This document shows, piece after piece, positions 26,597-37,371 of a stretch of DNA of 43,536 nucleotides. The notes beneath the pieces were generated by a model. That model was not told the DNA's origin and searched no databases. It worked only from the letters and a program-made list of their open reading frames with translations. Made by a program: the position numbers and the translations under genes. Source of the stretch: a virus (Duplodnaviria > Caudoviricetes); IMG/VR virus record IMGVR_UViG_3300028844_004072, positions 1 through 43,536 of that record; one strand, written 5' to 3'. Positions within the stretch are counted from its first letter, which is position 1. Every line of letters starts with the position of its first letter.

Positions 26597-28578
26597 TTAT
26601 TGTTTATTACAACGGCGTCGCATTAAAGGATTGCGTTGTAAAGCGGTTCCAGCAGGAGCAGCGTTACGACGAATCGAAAACCAATGCGAGATACGATAGT
26701 TTTGTGATTACGGTCGAATGTACGCTTGTCGAGGATGTGCAGCAGGACAGCGGCATTGGCCCGCAATACGACGAAAACCATTTTGCCTACGTGCCGGGTG
26801 CAAGTTATTACTACGGAAACGTAGGTACGTACGAACAGTTGCGAAACCGTTTGATTCACCCAAGGGGAGATTTTCACCTTATTTTCGGTGCTCAAAACGG
26901 GGCCAACCAAACGGGACGCTTGCCAGCTTTAATCGCTACCGGCAGGGAGAGCGTCGGCGGAAGCACTGATATTCCCGACGATCCGGGCAACCCAACCGCA
27001 CAACTAGATAGAGGAAATTACCTCGACCAAGAGGCGGGCCCGCACGTAATTGACGTAGCTTGCGAGCAAATATGGGGTGGAAAAGCAATTCGCATATCGG
27101 CGACATTCAAAATCGCGGTTACTAATTGCAACGACCCGAACGCAGAAATTGGCAAGCCGTCGCAATATGCAAATGATGATTGGTTGCGTCAGGATCCGCA
27201 AAACACCATCGTTTCAAACACGTGGAGAATGACAGAAGCGAAAGATGCGAACTGGAAAACAACTCGAACAATAGAGGGCGAAATTCGCACGCATAATCGC
27301 AATTTCGTGCAGCTTCATCGGCAGTTACTTTTGCCGCCGTTGCTGAAAGGGTACAAGCGAGTCTCGCAGAATTATGCAAGCGATGACCAAGGGACGTTAA
27401 TGCGTTACGCTATCGTCGACGAGCAAGCGTACGCGGCACCACCGGCACCGGCGATAGATTGGAGTTGCCAGCACACAGAATCGACGACAATGATGGGCGC
27501 GAACCAAGTCGCCAATATTGTGGTTAAATTGCGTGGCGATATGGACGTCGACAAGAAACAGTTGATCGCGGCAGCAGGCAAGGTTTTATCGCTTCGGCTC
27601 GTCGATTTAAGGCAGCAATCGAGCAACGACCAGCAGTATTCGTCGATCATACAAGAGCTCGCGTTGGTCGATCAGGTCGACCAGCCAGAGGTTACGCTAA
27701 GGGCGAGCGTTCGATACACGACGTCGCAATACACTTGGCTCGCTATGCGGATCCAATCGATGATGGGCGGGCCTTCGGGTAATTTGCAAGGGCAGGACAT
27801 CAGCGACGGATACCCAAACTACGATGCAAAATCGTGGACCACGCCGCTGCCTTACGACGGAGACAGCCCGCAAGGGTTATTGCAAAACTATTTGCAATCG
27901 CCGTGCACCGATTGGCACGGAATGATCGGGGAGGGGCAGCAGCCGTACGTTTATCGACCCGAAACATCGAACGAGGAGGGATACGTCGACCGCTATCCCA
28001 GTGAGCGGCTACCGTCGCTTGAGGTCGATCAACCGGAATGGATTAAACCGGACAGCCCCGGAAACGAAATTAACAACGACAAATACAACGTTTACCAGTA
28101 CCCGTACACGAATTATTCATTCGTTACGACTTGGGAAACGGCACTTGGCAAAATGCACTTACCGGTAAGCAACTATTCGTCGGACCCGCAGGAGCCAGCG
28201 GATGGAGCGGTCGTGCTATCTATGAACGACGGCATCACACGTTTGTTCTACGAAATTGAAGCCACGCGATTCGGTCGGTATCCGGTTATTCCCCAGTTTA
28301 ATGACGAGATTGAGGACGAGAATGGGATTACTTTTAAGCTACTAGACCGCAAGATCGTGATGCGTCCAGCGGAAATAACTTCTGACGGTCGCTCGAAAAT
28401 TATGGGAATCGGAGTGAGTCTGGTTTACGGGGCAACTAAAAAAATACCCGCAAGCGCGATCCTAAACCCGGGAGCTCTACCGTTCGACAAAACGGACGCA
28501 AAGCAAGTAGAGGTTAATTGGTCGGATATTGTCGACAGCCAAAATCGCATGATAAATAACGTGAAAGGTGCGCCGTAA
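26593..28578 (+). CDS. Putative tail tip/baseplate protein
   Basis: 661-aa beta-rich ORF after the TMP candidate; positional call. Confidence 0.5.
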   Translation: MIIVYYNGVALKDCVVKRFQQEQRYDESKTNARYDSFVITVECTLVEDVQQDSGIGPQYDENHFAYVPGASYYYGNVGTYEQLRNRLIHPRGDFHLIFGAQNGANQTGRLPALIATGRESVGGSTDIPDDPGNPTAQLDRGNYLDQEAGPHVIDVACEQIWGGKAIRISATFKIAVTNCNDPNAEIGKPSQYANDDWLRQDPQNTIVSNTWRMTEAKDANWKTTRTIEGEIRTHNRNFVQLHRQLLLPPLLKGYKRVSQNYASDDQGTLMRYAIVDEQAYAAPPAPAIDWSCQHTESTTMMGANQVANIVVKLRGDMDVDKKQLIAAAGKVLSLRLVDLRQQSSNDQQYSSIIQELALVDQVDQPEVTLRASVRYTTSQYTWLAMRIQSMMGGPSGNLQGQDISDGYPNYDAKSWTTPLPYDGDSPQGLLQNYLQSPCTDWHGMIGEGQQPYVYRPETSNEEGYVDRYPSERLPSLEVDQPEWIKPDSPGNEINNDKYNVYQYPYTNYSFVTTWETALGKMHLPVSNYSSDPQEPADGAVVLSMNDGITRLFYEIEATRFGRYPVIPQFNDEIEDENGITFKLLDRKIVMRPAEITSDGRSKIMGIGVSLVYGATKKIPASAILNPGALPFDKTDAKQVEVNWSDIVDSQNRMINNVKGAP

Positions 28579-29129
28579 TGGCTAATACTGTCCGACGCTT
28601 TACGACACAGATGGAAGTGCTGACAACGCTTCGCGAAAGGCTGATTGAAAAAGTGCCAGCCTACACGGAAGCGAATTGCTTTATCCTAGACCAACCGATA
28701 CCGCCAGATTTTCCGATTGGACGGGAGTTCTGTACGGTAGCACCCGGCGGCGGAGCGTTCGTCGAGGCCACGTTTGCGGGCGGCGGCTATACGACTCTTA
28801 CGGAAAACGCAACGACCGTTGTAACGCCAATGGTGCGGCAAGTTCGCGACGCACCCAGAACAGCGAGTAAAGCTTTGTTATCGCAGTCCGACGGATTGCT
28901 CGAGAGAAAGTGGCAGGTTCTTCGAGCTCTACTTTACGGCGACTTTGATTTATCCATCACCGACGACCAAACCGCGTTGACTCGGATCCTATTGCGTGAG
29001 CAGCTTTCGATTCGCGTCGCAGATCCACCGGGCTTTACGCAAATCGGACAGACGCAAATGATGGGATTGAGCATGACGTTCAACACGCCGTTTGATTGGG
29101 GACTGCCCGAACTTGAAACCAACGGCTAA
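28578..29129 (+). CDS. Putative tail completion/structural protein
   Basis: 183 aa, TAATG-coupled; positional call. Confidence 0.4.
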   Translation: MANTVRRFTTQMEVLTTLRERLIEKVPAYTEANCFILDQPIPPDFPIGREFCTVAPGGGAFVEATFAGGGYTTLTENATTVVTPMVRQVRDAPRTASKALLSQSDGLLERKWQVLRALLYGDFDLSITDDQTALTRILLREQLSIRVADPPGFTQIGQTQMMGLSMTFNTPFDWGLPELETNG

Positions 29130-29131
29130 AA

Positions 29132-32100
29132 ATGTCAACTGAAGCAACTGTAAAAATCGTGGCGGGAAGCACGGACATTCCTATCGTTATGGACAACGAT
29201 GGAATTGTAGCCAAATACCTTTCTCGCAGGCTCAAGTCCGATGAATGGCCATTTTCCGACACGCCGGACGAAGAATTTTCCGCTTCTATTAATCATGGAA
29301 CGGGAATTGTTGCAGAGGCACCAGTTTTTGCAGACCTTCCAACAGTAGCAATTAACTCATACCTGCACCCTCTTGGTGCGTCGCGATTTGGGCGAGGCTT
29401 GTTTTTAATAAGCTGCGAACACATGCCGGACCTTCTCAGTTCAGCATGGGGCCAATCGTGGGATGGAATCGGTAACATACCGACCCCCGGAGGCGGCCAG
29501 TTGTCGCCGGTAACATTGTCAATGGAAGCAGACGGTACAGCTTTTACGGCGAAGCTGTATTTGCAAACACCAATACAACTAGACGTAACAACGCACTTGT
29601 CGCAAGAGCCTAGGCAACTATGGATTTGCCCATTTGTTGACGCGCGTTTTGCGGTTTTGCACCAGCCATTAGACCCACTACCGTTAAACGTAAAAAGCAG
29701 CGAAGGGAAAACTTGGCTTGACGTTGAAACTGCAATTTCATCGCAAATTACGCCGAGCGTAACCAGCGCGGGAGGTGCGCCTGCTACGGCTTTCCTATAT
29801 CCAGATCCCGGATACTTTTCGGTTGCGCGATCAGCCGGATATGCGCTTGATCATGTAGCACATTCTTCAGGTCGACGCGTTACGTTCGATCCCGACGCGG
29901 AAGTGTTTCACGTCAGCACAGCAGACGCAGCAATTACAGCGCTAGATAGTGACCAAGCAGCTTTAGCAACGGAAGGATTCCCGGCAGTTCTCGGGGAAGT
30001 TAAGGGAAACCCAGCGCAGCCAGACGCCGAGGAGTTTCATTTCACTGCGAGAAAACTTTACGATTATTTTGACAATAGTTCTTGGCACAGCGAAACGGCA
30101 ACTTCGGGCGCAGCAAGTGGAGAAACAGGAAGCCCGCAAATTCACTCAACGTTTTATCTCGAGCACTTTGGAACAAGCGTTGACAGCGGCAGCCAGCAAA
30201 GGTGGACGGCCCTAACAGCAGAAATTGCATCAGAGTACAGGAAATGGCAGCAGCGACAATTTTGCTTATCGTTTGCTTCATTCCCTGCTACTACCGGGTT
30301 AGCAATTAACCATTTTTGCGATTACACGTTTATAAAAATTGGATGTTACGGAGAATCTCCGGCTTGCGTTACGACACAGCAAAGCAGCCCGGTAGGCGTT
30401 TACCCACAGGTAAACATTTCGCAGTCGACAAATTTGTACCGCCACAATAAAGAAATGGCGAGAATGACGCTTCAGAGCGGCGGCATACCGCTTGGGGCAA
30501 CATCGGGGCAGGCGACAATTACGCCAAACGAATCTGCAACAAATTACGACGGTGTATCACAGCCTTTAACTATTGGATTACTAGGGCCAGCAGATCCAGC
30601 AATACCGAGCGGGACCGTGTTGGCGTGCTATTACCAGTCGCACGAAGGGTGGTTTGCGATTGAAGGCGGATCCGGTACGCCGGTCGAAATTAGTTCAGAT
30701 CCGTGGATCAGATTTCGCGTGTTAAGGCCCGTTGGGACAAACGAATCAGGCCAATGGGAGGCAGAGGTAACGCAGCACCTAAACACCGACGACTTGCCGG
30801 GGCAAACAGAGCCAAGCCCGATTTCTTGCGGGACAGTTCTTCAAATTAACGACCCCAACAACTTATTTGCCGAGGTAGTTTTTGCCGATCAAGTTCAGGT
30901 AGTTAATTGCGTCGACGCAGAACTAAGTAAATGGAAAGCAGGAAGCACAGGGACAGCGTACTACCGCACACCAACTAGCGCGTGCAATGTTCCCGAAAAC
31001 ACCTACCGATGGGAAGTGGAAACGTGTAGCCAAACGATAAAGGAAGTACGCGGCGTAGTGCTTGACTGCGTAACAAAAAACAATTCCCCCGGGGGAGGAT
31101 CGCCCGGAAACGGGACGGGATCCATAAAGATTTCCGACACCGATTTTTTTAACACTTCGCAGTATCCGGCAGTCGATTTTCCAATGGAATTGACCGACGG
31201 ACCTACCGGGGAAAACTATTGCTGGGAATTGCAGTTTGACAATCCCTTTGGGCTAGACGTTGTAAGCGGTTCCAAGGTAAGGCTGAGAAGAAGAAGCGAA
31301 AAGAAAACTTCATTGCCATTAAATGCAATAACGCCGCACGGTGAAGGCGAAACGGAAAGAGCTTGGTATTTGTGGAAAATCGAGGAGGACGATTATTTCG
31401 GCGAAGGAAAATTTGCAAGATGGATTAAAGCAAAAAAACTGCTATCAGGTACGGGAGACTTTCAGTTTTCCGTAGATGGAGCGTTTGAGCTTGAGGAATA
31501 CTGGGACGGGCAAGATCCAAGGCAAGGCTCAACTTACAATAGCCCGTGCAGGCCGGGAATAAAATGCGTAATGAATTGCGAGTGCATTACGGAGGACATG
31601 AAGGTAACGGCATTTTACGACCCAAACACACACGCGTATCAAATCGTTTCTACAGAGGCCGCACTATTAGGCACGCCAACCGTTATTCAATTTGTTAAAG
31701 ATTGGTCGGTAACATCAGGATGTTCGTTCGCGTGGGAAGATCAGCCAATAAAAGCGTTTCCATGTGAGGCGCCTCCAGTACCTCAGCAGGCTACGCTTCA
31801 AACCATTCCAATTGACGTGGTTACAGGGGCGTATCGAGGCGATAGCAACGACGTGTGTTTCCATCGGTCGGAAATACAAGTTTGCGCAGCGCAAGTTGTT
31901 CCGCCGGAATGTGTGAATGTTTGCTTCCCGTGTAATTGCGACGACTACGACTGTAGTTGGGTGTATAACGAGGAATCAGGACTTTGGGATCCCGTAACTG
32001 AATGCCCAGACTACATTCCAGATTGCAATTGCACGGGAGAGCGACCAACAAATACGCCAGCGCCGGGAGAGCCGACGACAATTAGCTTCCCTTGCGGCCC

Positions 32101-32932
32101 GGTGGTAGTTAATCCGTGTGCCGAGTGCATTGAATGCCCGGATCCCTGCCCAAGCCAATCTTACGAAATAACTTGGGCTTCCCTAGGTGCAGACTTAACA
32201 AACGGCGATAGGGTCGAATCGACGACAGTTACATACGGATCGGTAGAAGAATGTTGCAGAACGGCTACCGTCACGTTTACGAAAAACAACGGGGATCCAC
32301 AGCAAAGAACGGTGACGATGTGCTTGCAAACTTCTTCAGTAATCCCCGCGTGTCAAGCGCAAGGCCTAGGTGAATTGCAGTTAAATTGGGACCAAGCGAC
32401 GGTTCATGGAATGACGCTCCCAACAGACCTAGGCCCAAGGCAGCCAAACCCGTATTGCGAAGGGTCTTACGGATTAGGCGGATGTGGAGTACTCCCAGAT
32501 TTCCCCGACGCAGGCGGCGGTTCAACATGGGACTACATACAGGCGGACGCGGTTTGTTGCGTTGTAGAATCTCAACAACTGGTAGAAAGCGCAAAAGGCG
32601 TGCATTACATTGGTTCGGGCTTTCATACTGCTGAACTAGGCGGTGCGATGCCAGAGGCCGAGCCAGAGTCAAAGCAAAGTCTTTCCTTGGGTGATGCGTT
32701 TGCAGAAGCTTATCCCGTATTTTTTGCATCATGCAATTGCACGGCGGGAGTCAAAGCAGTCATGGACAGATGGCAAAGAAGTAATAACGAGCCAACTATG
32801 GAGCAAGCAACAAAGGTAGCTTCCACTATTTACGGCAAGTTAGGAACGACTAACAAATCGCATTGGCCAATAAAAACTATTGCGGCTTTAATTTACGATT
32901 TTAGTAGACAAAGGAAAAACGATAATGGCTGA
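29132..32932 (+). CDS. Large tail protein with a Cys-rich C-terminal third
   Basis: 1266 aa; e.g. ECVNVCFPCNCDDYDC and PCAECIECPDPCP. Confidence 0.6.
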   Translation: MSTEATVKIVAGSTDIPIVMDNDGIVAKYLSRRLKSDEWPFSDTPDEEFSASINHGTGIVAEAPVFADLPTVAINSYLHPLGASRFGRGLFLISCEHMPDLLSSAWGQSWDGIGNIPTPGGGQLSPVTLSMEADGTAFTAKLYLQTPIQLDVTTHLSQEPRQLWICPFVDARFAVLHQPLDPLPLNVKSSEGKTWLDVETAISSQITPSVTSAGGAPATAFLYPDPGYFSVARSAGYALDHVAHSSGRRVTFDPDAEVFHVSTADAAITALDSDQAALATEGFPAVLGEVKGNPAQPDAEEFHFTARKLYDYFDNSSWHSETATSGAASGETGSPQIHSTFYLEHFGTSVDSGSQQRWTALTAEIASEYRKWQQRQFCLSFASFPATTGLAINHFCDYTFIKIGCYGESPACVTTQQSSPVGVYPQVNISQSTNLYRHNKEMARMTLQSGGIPLGATSGQATITPNESATNYDGVSQPLTIGLLGPADPAIPSGTVLACYYQSHEGWFAIEGGSGTPVEISSDPWIRFRVLRPVGTNESGQWEAEVTQHLNTDDLPGQTEPSPISCGTVLQINDPNNLFAEVVFADQVQVVNCVDAELSKWKAGSTGTAYYRTPTSACNVPENTYRWEVETCSQTIKEVRGVVLDCVTKNNSPGGGSPGNGTGSIKISDTDFFNTSQYPAVDFPMELTDGPTGENYCWELQFDNPFGLDVVSGSKVRLRRRSEKKTSLPLNAITPHGEGETERAWYLWKIEEDDYFGEGKFARWIKAKKLLSGTGDFQFSVDGAFELEEYWDGQDPRQGSTYNSPCRPGIKCVMNCECITEDMKVTAFYDPNTHAYQIVSTEAALLGTPTVIQFVKDWSVTSGCSFAWEDQPIKAFPCEAPPVPQQATLQTIPIDVVTGAYRGDSNDVCFHRSEIQVCAAQVVPPECVNVCFPCNCDDYDCSWVYNEESGLWDPVTECPDYIPDCNCTGERPTNTPAPGEPTTISFPCGPVVVNPCAECIECPDPCPSQSYEITWASLGADLTNGDRVESTTVTYGSVEECCRTATVTFTKNNGDPQQRTVTMCLQTSSVIPACQAQGLGELQLNWDQATVHGMTLPTDLGPRQPNPYCEGSYGLGGCGVLPDFPDAGGGSTWDYIQADAVCCVVESQQLVESAKGVHYIGSGFHTAELGGAMPEAEPESKQSLSLGDAFAEAYPVFFASCNCTAGVKAVMDRWQRSNNEPTMEQATKVASTIYGKLGTTNKSHWPIKTIAALIYDFSRQRKNDNG

Positions 32933-33356
32933 TGTAGTAGTGGTAGCAAACGACTTGCTTCGATCAGGAACGACCGGCTCCGTACGCGCGGTTGAGTTCG
33001 GAGAAGCAATCACAGCGGGGCAGATGTTATATCAAGACGGCACCGATCAGAAATACTATCTAGCGGTCGCGACCGATCCAACAAAACCGGCAAATACAGG
33101 GCAACTTGCAATATCACTAACGACAGCGGCAGCCGATCAAACCGGCGTTGTTGCAAGAACAGACACGCAAATTGATTTCGGCGCCACGGCACCTTTAACT
33201 CAGGGAGAGGTGTACGTATTGTCGTCGGCTAACGCCGGTGGAATTGCACCAGTCGCCGACCTAGCAATCGCGTCGACACTAACGATACTCGGCTACGCTA
33301 TCTCGACAGAGATTTTACTACTCGGGCTGAACGTGACAGGAGTTGCGAAAGCCTAA
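32925..33356 (+). CDS. Small virion protein (cement/decoration-like)
   Basis: GEAITAGQMLY...KYYLA and GEVYVLS...GGIAPVADL pattern. Confidence 0.55.
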   Translation: MADVVVVANDLLRSGTTGSVRAVEFGEAITAGQMLYQDGTDQKYYLAVATDPTKPANTGQLAISLTTAAADQTGVVARTDTQIDFGATAPLTQGEVYVLSSANAGGIAPVADLAIASTLTILGYAISTEILLLGLNVTGVAKA

Positions 33357-33375
33357 CACTTACTACGGGGTTAAG

Positions 33376-34431
33376 ATGAAAACTTGGCAAGAGCTATCTA
33401 ACAGAGTACGTGAGCTCGAGCGTGAACATCTCGCTTGGGAAAACGATGATGCTGCGCCGACGGTAGAGTTCCAAAGGCGCGAGGTCAAAGTAATCACGCA
33501 GAAGTTAGATAGAGAGTGGTCGCTTTTATGCGATGAAATACAGGGCGGCGTTAAAATCGAGGAAGTGGCTTACTCGCTTGTTTTGGCATTAGACGAATGG
33601 AGCGACGAGGTAGACAAGTTCCGCGACGACCATCACGCAAATCCGGGCGGAAGCGAGTCGCTATGGAAATCTTGGCAAAAAGCGTTACTACACGCTCAAA
33701 GAGAGCCACGGCCAATAATGCTTGAATCCATTAGCTACTTGGCTCGAGTTCAAAAAGTGACGCCGGTGCAGATTGCGAAAATTTATCACTGGAAGGATGA
33801 GTTTAACCAGCCAGACACTAGGCGAGTGCTTAGTGTTATTGAATCCGGCGAGGACATCCCGACGGTCAGCCCGCACTACTTGAAGATGCAGGAAGAATTG
33901 CGAGAGCAATGGGAAAAACGCCAGAGCCGCAAGCAGCAAACGAAGGCCGTGGTTGAGAAGCCAATAAGAACCGATCCGATTATTGCACCGGAGTCGATTG
34001 CGTTGCTTCTCGAGCAGGGCGTTCCTAGCAAGCAAATTGCAAGAATGAAAAACGTCGACCAGCAAACTGTAATTGACTACGCAAGGGAAATTGGCGTTCC
34101 GGTGGACGGCCAAGCGCCAAACCCCTCTTTAACGGCAGAGCAGCACCTTACAGCAGTTCGCGAAAAAGAAAACGAGCAATTAAGCGAAGCAAAGAAATAC
34201 ATGAAAGAGAGGCAGGAAGCGGCAGCGATGCGCGAAGCCAACGGAGAGATAAACACATATCAGGAAATCGGAAACTACAAAGAGCAAGTCAGGCAAATGG
34301 CTTTCGACGGGTGCACTAAAAACCAAATCGTGACGCTTCTTAAAGAGCAATACCCGGACAAATGCAAACCTTCATCGGTCAGTCAAATTATGGCAGCGAT
34401 GGAGAGGGAGGCAGCAGCAAACGGGGAATAA
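33376..34431 (+). CDS. Hypothetical protein with HTH-like segments
   Basis: Start moved to ATG 33376; GVPSKQIARMKNVDQQTV. Confidence 0.65.
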   Translation: MKTWQELSNRVRELEREHLAWENDDAAPTVEFQRREVKVITQKLDREWSLLCDEIQGGVKIEEVAYSLVLALDEWSDEVDKFRDDHHANPGGSESLWKSWQKALLHAQREPRPIMLESISYLARVQKVTPVQIAKIYHWKDEFNQPDTRRVLSVIESGEDIPTVSPHYLKMQEELREQWEKRQSRKQQTKAVVEKPIRTDPIIAPESIALLLEQGVPSKQIARMKNVDQQTVIDYAREIGVPVDGQAPNPSLTAEQHLTAVREKENEQLSEAKKYMKERQEAAAMREANGEINTYQEIGNYKEQVRQMAFDGCTKNQIVTLLKEQYPDKCKPSSVSQIMAAMEREAAANGE

Positions 34432-34434
34432 ATC

Positions 34435-34974
34435 GTGAGCAAAAATGGCAGCAAATCGTCTGGAGTCGCTAGACGTCAACAGAAAGACCTAGCGACTCGG
34501 GCTAATATCAGAGATTGCGACGCGTTAACAATGCACCTTGAAGGTTACTCGACAGCCGAGATAGCCGAGCGTTTGGATATAAGCGAGCGGACGGTTTATA
34601 AAGCCATAGACAGGGGCAGGGAATCTTGGAAGCAAGAGAGAATCGAGCTTCATCAAGACTTGGTTGACACCGTGTTAATGACGCAGCGAAGAATTTTGTC
34701 GCTCGCGTTCGCTTCGTTTGACAAAAGCAAAACAGAAGAAAACCCACCGGGCGACCCTCGCTTCCTCGCACTCGCAGAAAAAGCGAATACAGCAATCGGT
34801 AACATAGTGGCGGCCCACAAAGACGACGGCGGGAAGGTTGACGCTCTTGCAAGATCAGGCCTTATTGAGGTTATCGTTCACACACGCGGAGAAATTAATT
34901 CGCTTCAGCAGATGCACTACTCAGAGCTCGAGAAACTTGCTGCAAACACGATAGACGTAAAGGCTCAAAAATGA
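34435..34974 (+). CDS. terS: Terminase small subunit (HTH)
   Basis: GYSTAEIAERLDISERTVYK; ATGA-coupled to TerL. Confidence 0.7.
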   Translation: MSKNGSKSSGVARRQQKDLATRANIRDCDALTMHLEGYSTAEIAERLDISERTVYKAIDRGRESWKQERIELHQDLVDTVLMTQRRILSLAFASFDKSKTEENPPGDPRFLALAEKANTAIGNIVAAHKDDGGKVDALARSGLIEVIVHTRGEINSLQQMHYSELEKLAANTIDVKAQK

Positions 34975-36389
34975 TCGCGTCGGCAACAGACTCGGTTCCG
35001 GTTCTACCGATTAGCCAAGTGCAGGCAAATTTCCTTGCAAGCGATTTCCCAATCACGGCAATGGTGTGCGGTCGTGGAGGCGGGAAAACCTTTATCGGTA
35101 GTTACCGCATTATTACGCGAGCTCGCCATAACGATCATTGGATGGCCGTGAGCCCAGACGCGGGCGTGTCGATGGAAACGACAGTTCCGACGTTTATTGA
35201 AAACTGCGAAAAGTTAAATTGCCTGAATCGCGTTGTAATGAGCCCATACCCGCGAATATGGTGGAAAACACTAGATGGGGGCGAAGCGCAAATTGTTTTT
35301 AGATCGGCAGAAAAACCAGACAAGCTACGCGGCCCTAATAAAAGCGGGTTATGGCTCGACGAGGCAAGCTATCAGCCGGTCGATGCAATGCGGATCGCTC
35401 GAGCTACGTTGCGACGCGGCGGCGTTATGGGCCCGACAATCTTGACGATGACACCGCGAGGCCGCTCCCACTGGACGTTTGAATTGTGCTACGCACGCGC
35501 GGAGGGCCACGAACCAAACCAAGTTGTCATCCAAGGAATCCCGTACGTTCCGAAAAAAGGCGTAAAGCTAATACAGGCAAGCACAGCGGATAATCCGTTT
35601 CTGCCCGAGGACTTCTTTGACTCGATGCAGCAAGACCTATCGCCATTACTTGCGGCACAGGAACTTGGCGGTCAGTTTATTGACATTGACGGCTTAATGT
35701 TCCGACGCGAGTGGTTCATGCCAGTCGATCAGGCACCAAGAGATGCGTTGCGGGTACGTTACTGGGACAAAGCAGCGAGCACTATCGCAACGAGTTCGTT
35801 TACAGCAGGAGTTCGCGTATCGCGTTGCCCGAGGGGTATTTTCTACATTGAGGACGTCGTGCGGGGCCAATGGAGCCCAGCAGACCGAGACACAGTAATT
35901 TTACAAACGGCACACGCGGATTCGGAGAAGTTCGGAGGCGAAGTGCTAATCTACGCGGAGCAAGAGGGCGGATCCGGTGGAAAAGAGGTAATGCAGCAGA
36001 TGATAAAAATGCTTGCAGGGTTTCCGGTTTATCGCGACTTGGCAAGCGGATCGGCACAACGCAACGTCGGCGGCGCAAAGCTACCGGGACAGGCGAAAAT
36101 AACTCGAGCACAGCCGCTCGCAGCACAAGCAGAGGCCGGTAACGTAAGGATCGTCAAAGCAGCTTGGAATCAAGAGTTTCTAAGCGAGCTCTCAGCGTTT
36201 CCCGAATCGTCACAGGCCGACCAAGTGGACGCATCAAGCGCAGCGTTAAACCGATTAGCAGCCTTAACCCAACCGGAGGATGCAGTTGCGGACAGGAAGC
36301 GATACGAAATAGAGAACAATAGGTTTGGGCAAAGTTTACAATCACTCGGAAAAAATGGGCGGCGAAATTTATACAACAGGATTCGATAA
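34971..36389 (+). CDS. terL: Terminase large subunit
   Basis: Walker A GRGGGKT, Walker B LWLDEA, coupling motif MTP, and nuclease motifs RYWDKA...EQEGGSGGK...DQVDASS. Confidence 0.95.
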   Translation: MIASATDSVPVLPISQVQANFLASDFPITAMVCGRGGGKTFIGSYRIITRARHNDHWMAVSPDAGVSMETTVPTFIENCEKLNCLNRVVMSPYPRIWWKTLDGGEAQIVFRSAEKPDKLRGPNKSGLWLDEASYQPVDAMRIARATLRRGGVMGPTILTMTPRGRSHWTFELCYARAEGHEPNQVVIQGIPYVPKKGVKLIQASTADNPFLPEDFFDSMQQDLSPLLAAQELGGQFIDIDGLMFRREWFMPVDQAPRDALRVRYWDKAASTIATSSFTAGVRVSRCPRGIFYIEDVVRGQWSPADRDTVILQTAHADSEKFGGEVLIYAEQEGGSGGKEVMQQMIKMLAGFPVYRDLASGSAQRNVGGAKLPGQAKITRAQPLAAQAEAGNVRIVKAAWNQEFLSELSAFPESSQADQVDASSAALNRLAALTQPEDAVADRKRYEIENNRFGQSLQSLGKNGRRNLYNRIR

Positions 36390-37369
36390 TGAGCTCACTC
36401 ACTCGACTTGCCCGACGCTCGCGTGACTTTCTTCTCGGCAGAACAGGAGGACTCGGTACACGTAACAATCGCACCGAAGGGAGCGTTTACATCGAAAAGC
36501 CGCCTATTGAAGCGGGGCAAGGAATACGAAGGAGCTTGCGAAGGCGCCTCGAGGATATGGGCCTACGGTCTAGGCTACAGCGAGTTAGGCAGGATGAAAT
36601 AATAGGACAGCCGCAGCCGCCAGCGTTAGGGCCAGCACCACCGCCACCGCCGGGCCCACCAATTAACGATATTATTGATCCGGGAGGACGCATACCGCCG
36701 CCGTTTCCAGCGGGCAGGCGCGGCTTCAGCGAGGACGAATGGGTAGCAGAGTGGCAGCGGCGACGGCAAGCCGAGCAAGAGCGAGAGCGAGAATACGACG
36801 AAATAGAAGTGCTCGGCAGAAGTCTCGACTTTGACGAAGATGAATTTCAACTCGCGATGCAAAACGCTGTACGCGTCACCAGCAGCAACGTTTATTCCTA
36901 CTTTTGGCAGCCGGAAAGTAAACACTCAGGGATACTTTACGTCACGTTTCTAGCACCGGCGGTAAGCAAAAATGCACCGAGAACCGGCCCCGGGCCGACC
37001 TACGCTTATTACGGCGTGACGACGCAAAAATTCAGGCGATTCAGGACTCAAGCCATTGAATCGCCCGGATCCGCTGTTTGGGATCATTTACGAGTTAGGG
37101 GCACGATTTTCGGCCATCAGGTGCAATATCGACTCGTTGCAGTCACAGGCGAGTACGTTCCAAGAAAGGCGACGCGAAAAGGTTTCAGAACGCGGCACCT
37201 AAAACCACTTGGCAGACCAAGCCAAGTTAATGCTAGACTTCCAGCCAACGCAACGAACCGAGAACGTGAGCTATACCGTCGCGGGTTCAGGCGAAGCACC
37301 CTACCGGCACAAGATTACGGACAAACAGACCGAGGAACGCCGGATAGAGGCGCACCAGACAGAGGCTAA
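36389..37369 (+). CDS. KTSC-domain protein with Pro- and Arg-rich flanks
   Basis: VTSSNVYSY...LYVTF...YAYYGV...F...ESPGSAVWDHLR. Confidence 0.7.
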   Translation: MSSLTRLARRSRDFLLGRTGGLGTRNNRTEGSVYIEKPPIEAGQGIRRSLRRRLEDMGLRSRLQRVRQDEIIGQPQPPALGPAPPPPPGPPINDIIDPGGRIPPPFPAGRRGFSEDEWVAEWQRRRQAEQEREREYDEIEVLGRSLDFDEDEFQLAMQNAVRVTSSNVYSYFWQPESKHSGILYVTFLAPAVSKNAPRTGPGPTYAYYGVTTQKFRRFRTQAIESPGSAVWDHLRVRGTIFGHQVQYRLVAVTGEYVPRKATRKGFRTRHLKPLGRPSQVNARLPANATNRERELYRRGFRRSTLPAQDYGQTDRGTPDRGAPDRG

Positions 37370-37371
37370 TA

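Noticed and set aside
20608-32932. Diversity-generating retroelement or invertible tail-fibre cassette
   Set aside because: No reverse transcriptase, invertase or TR/VR repeat pair was seen.
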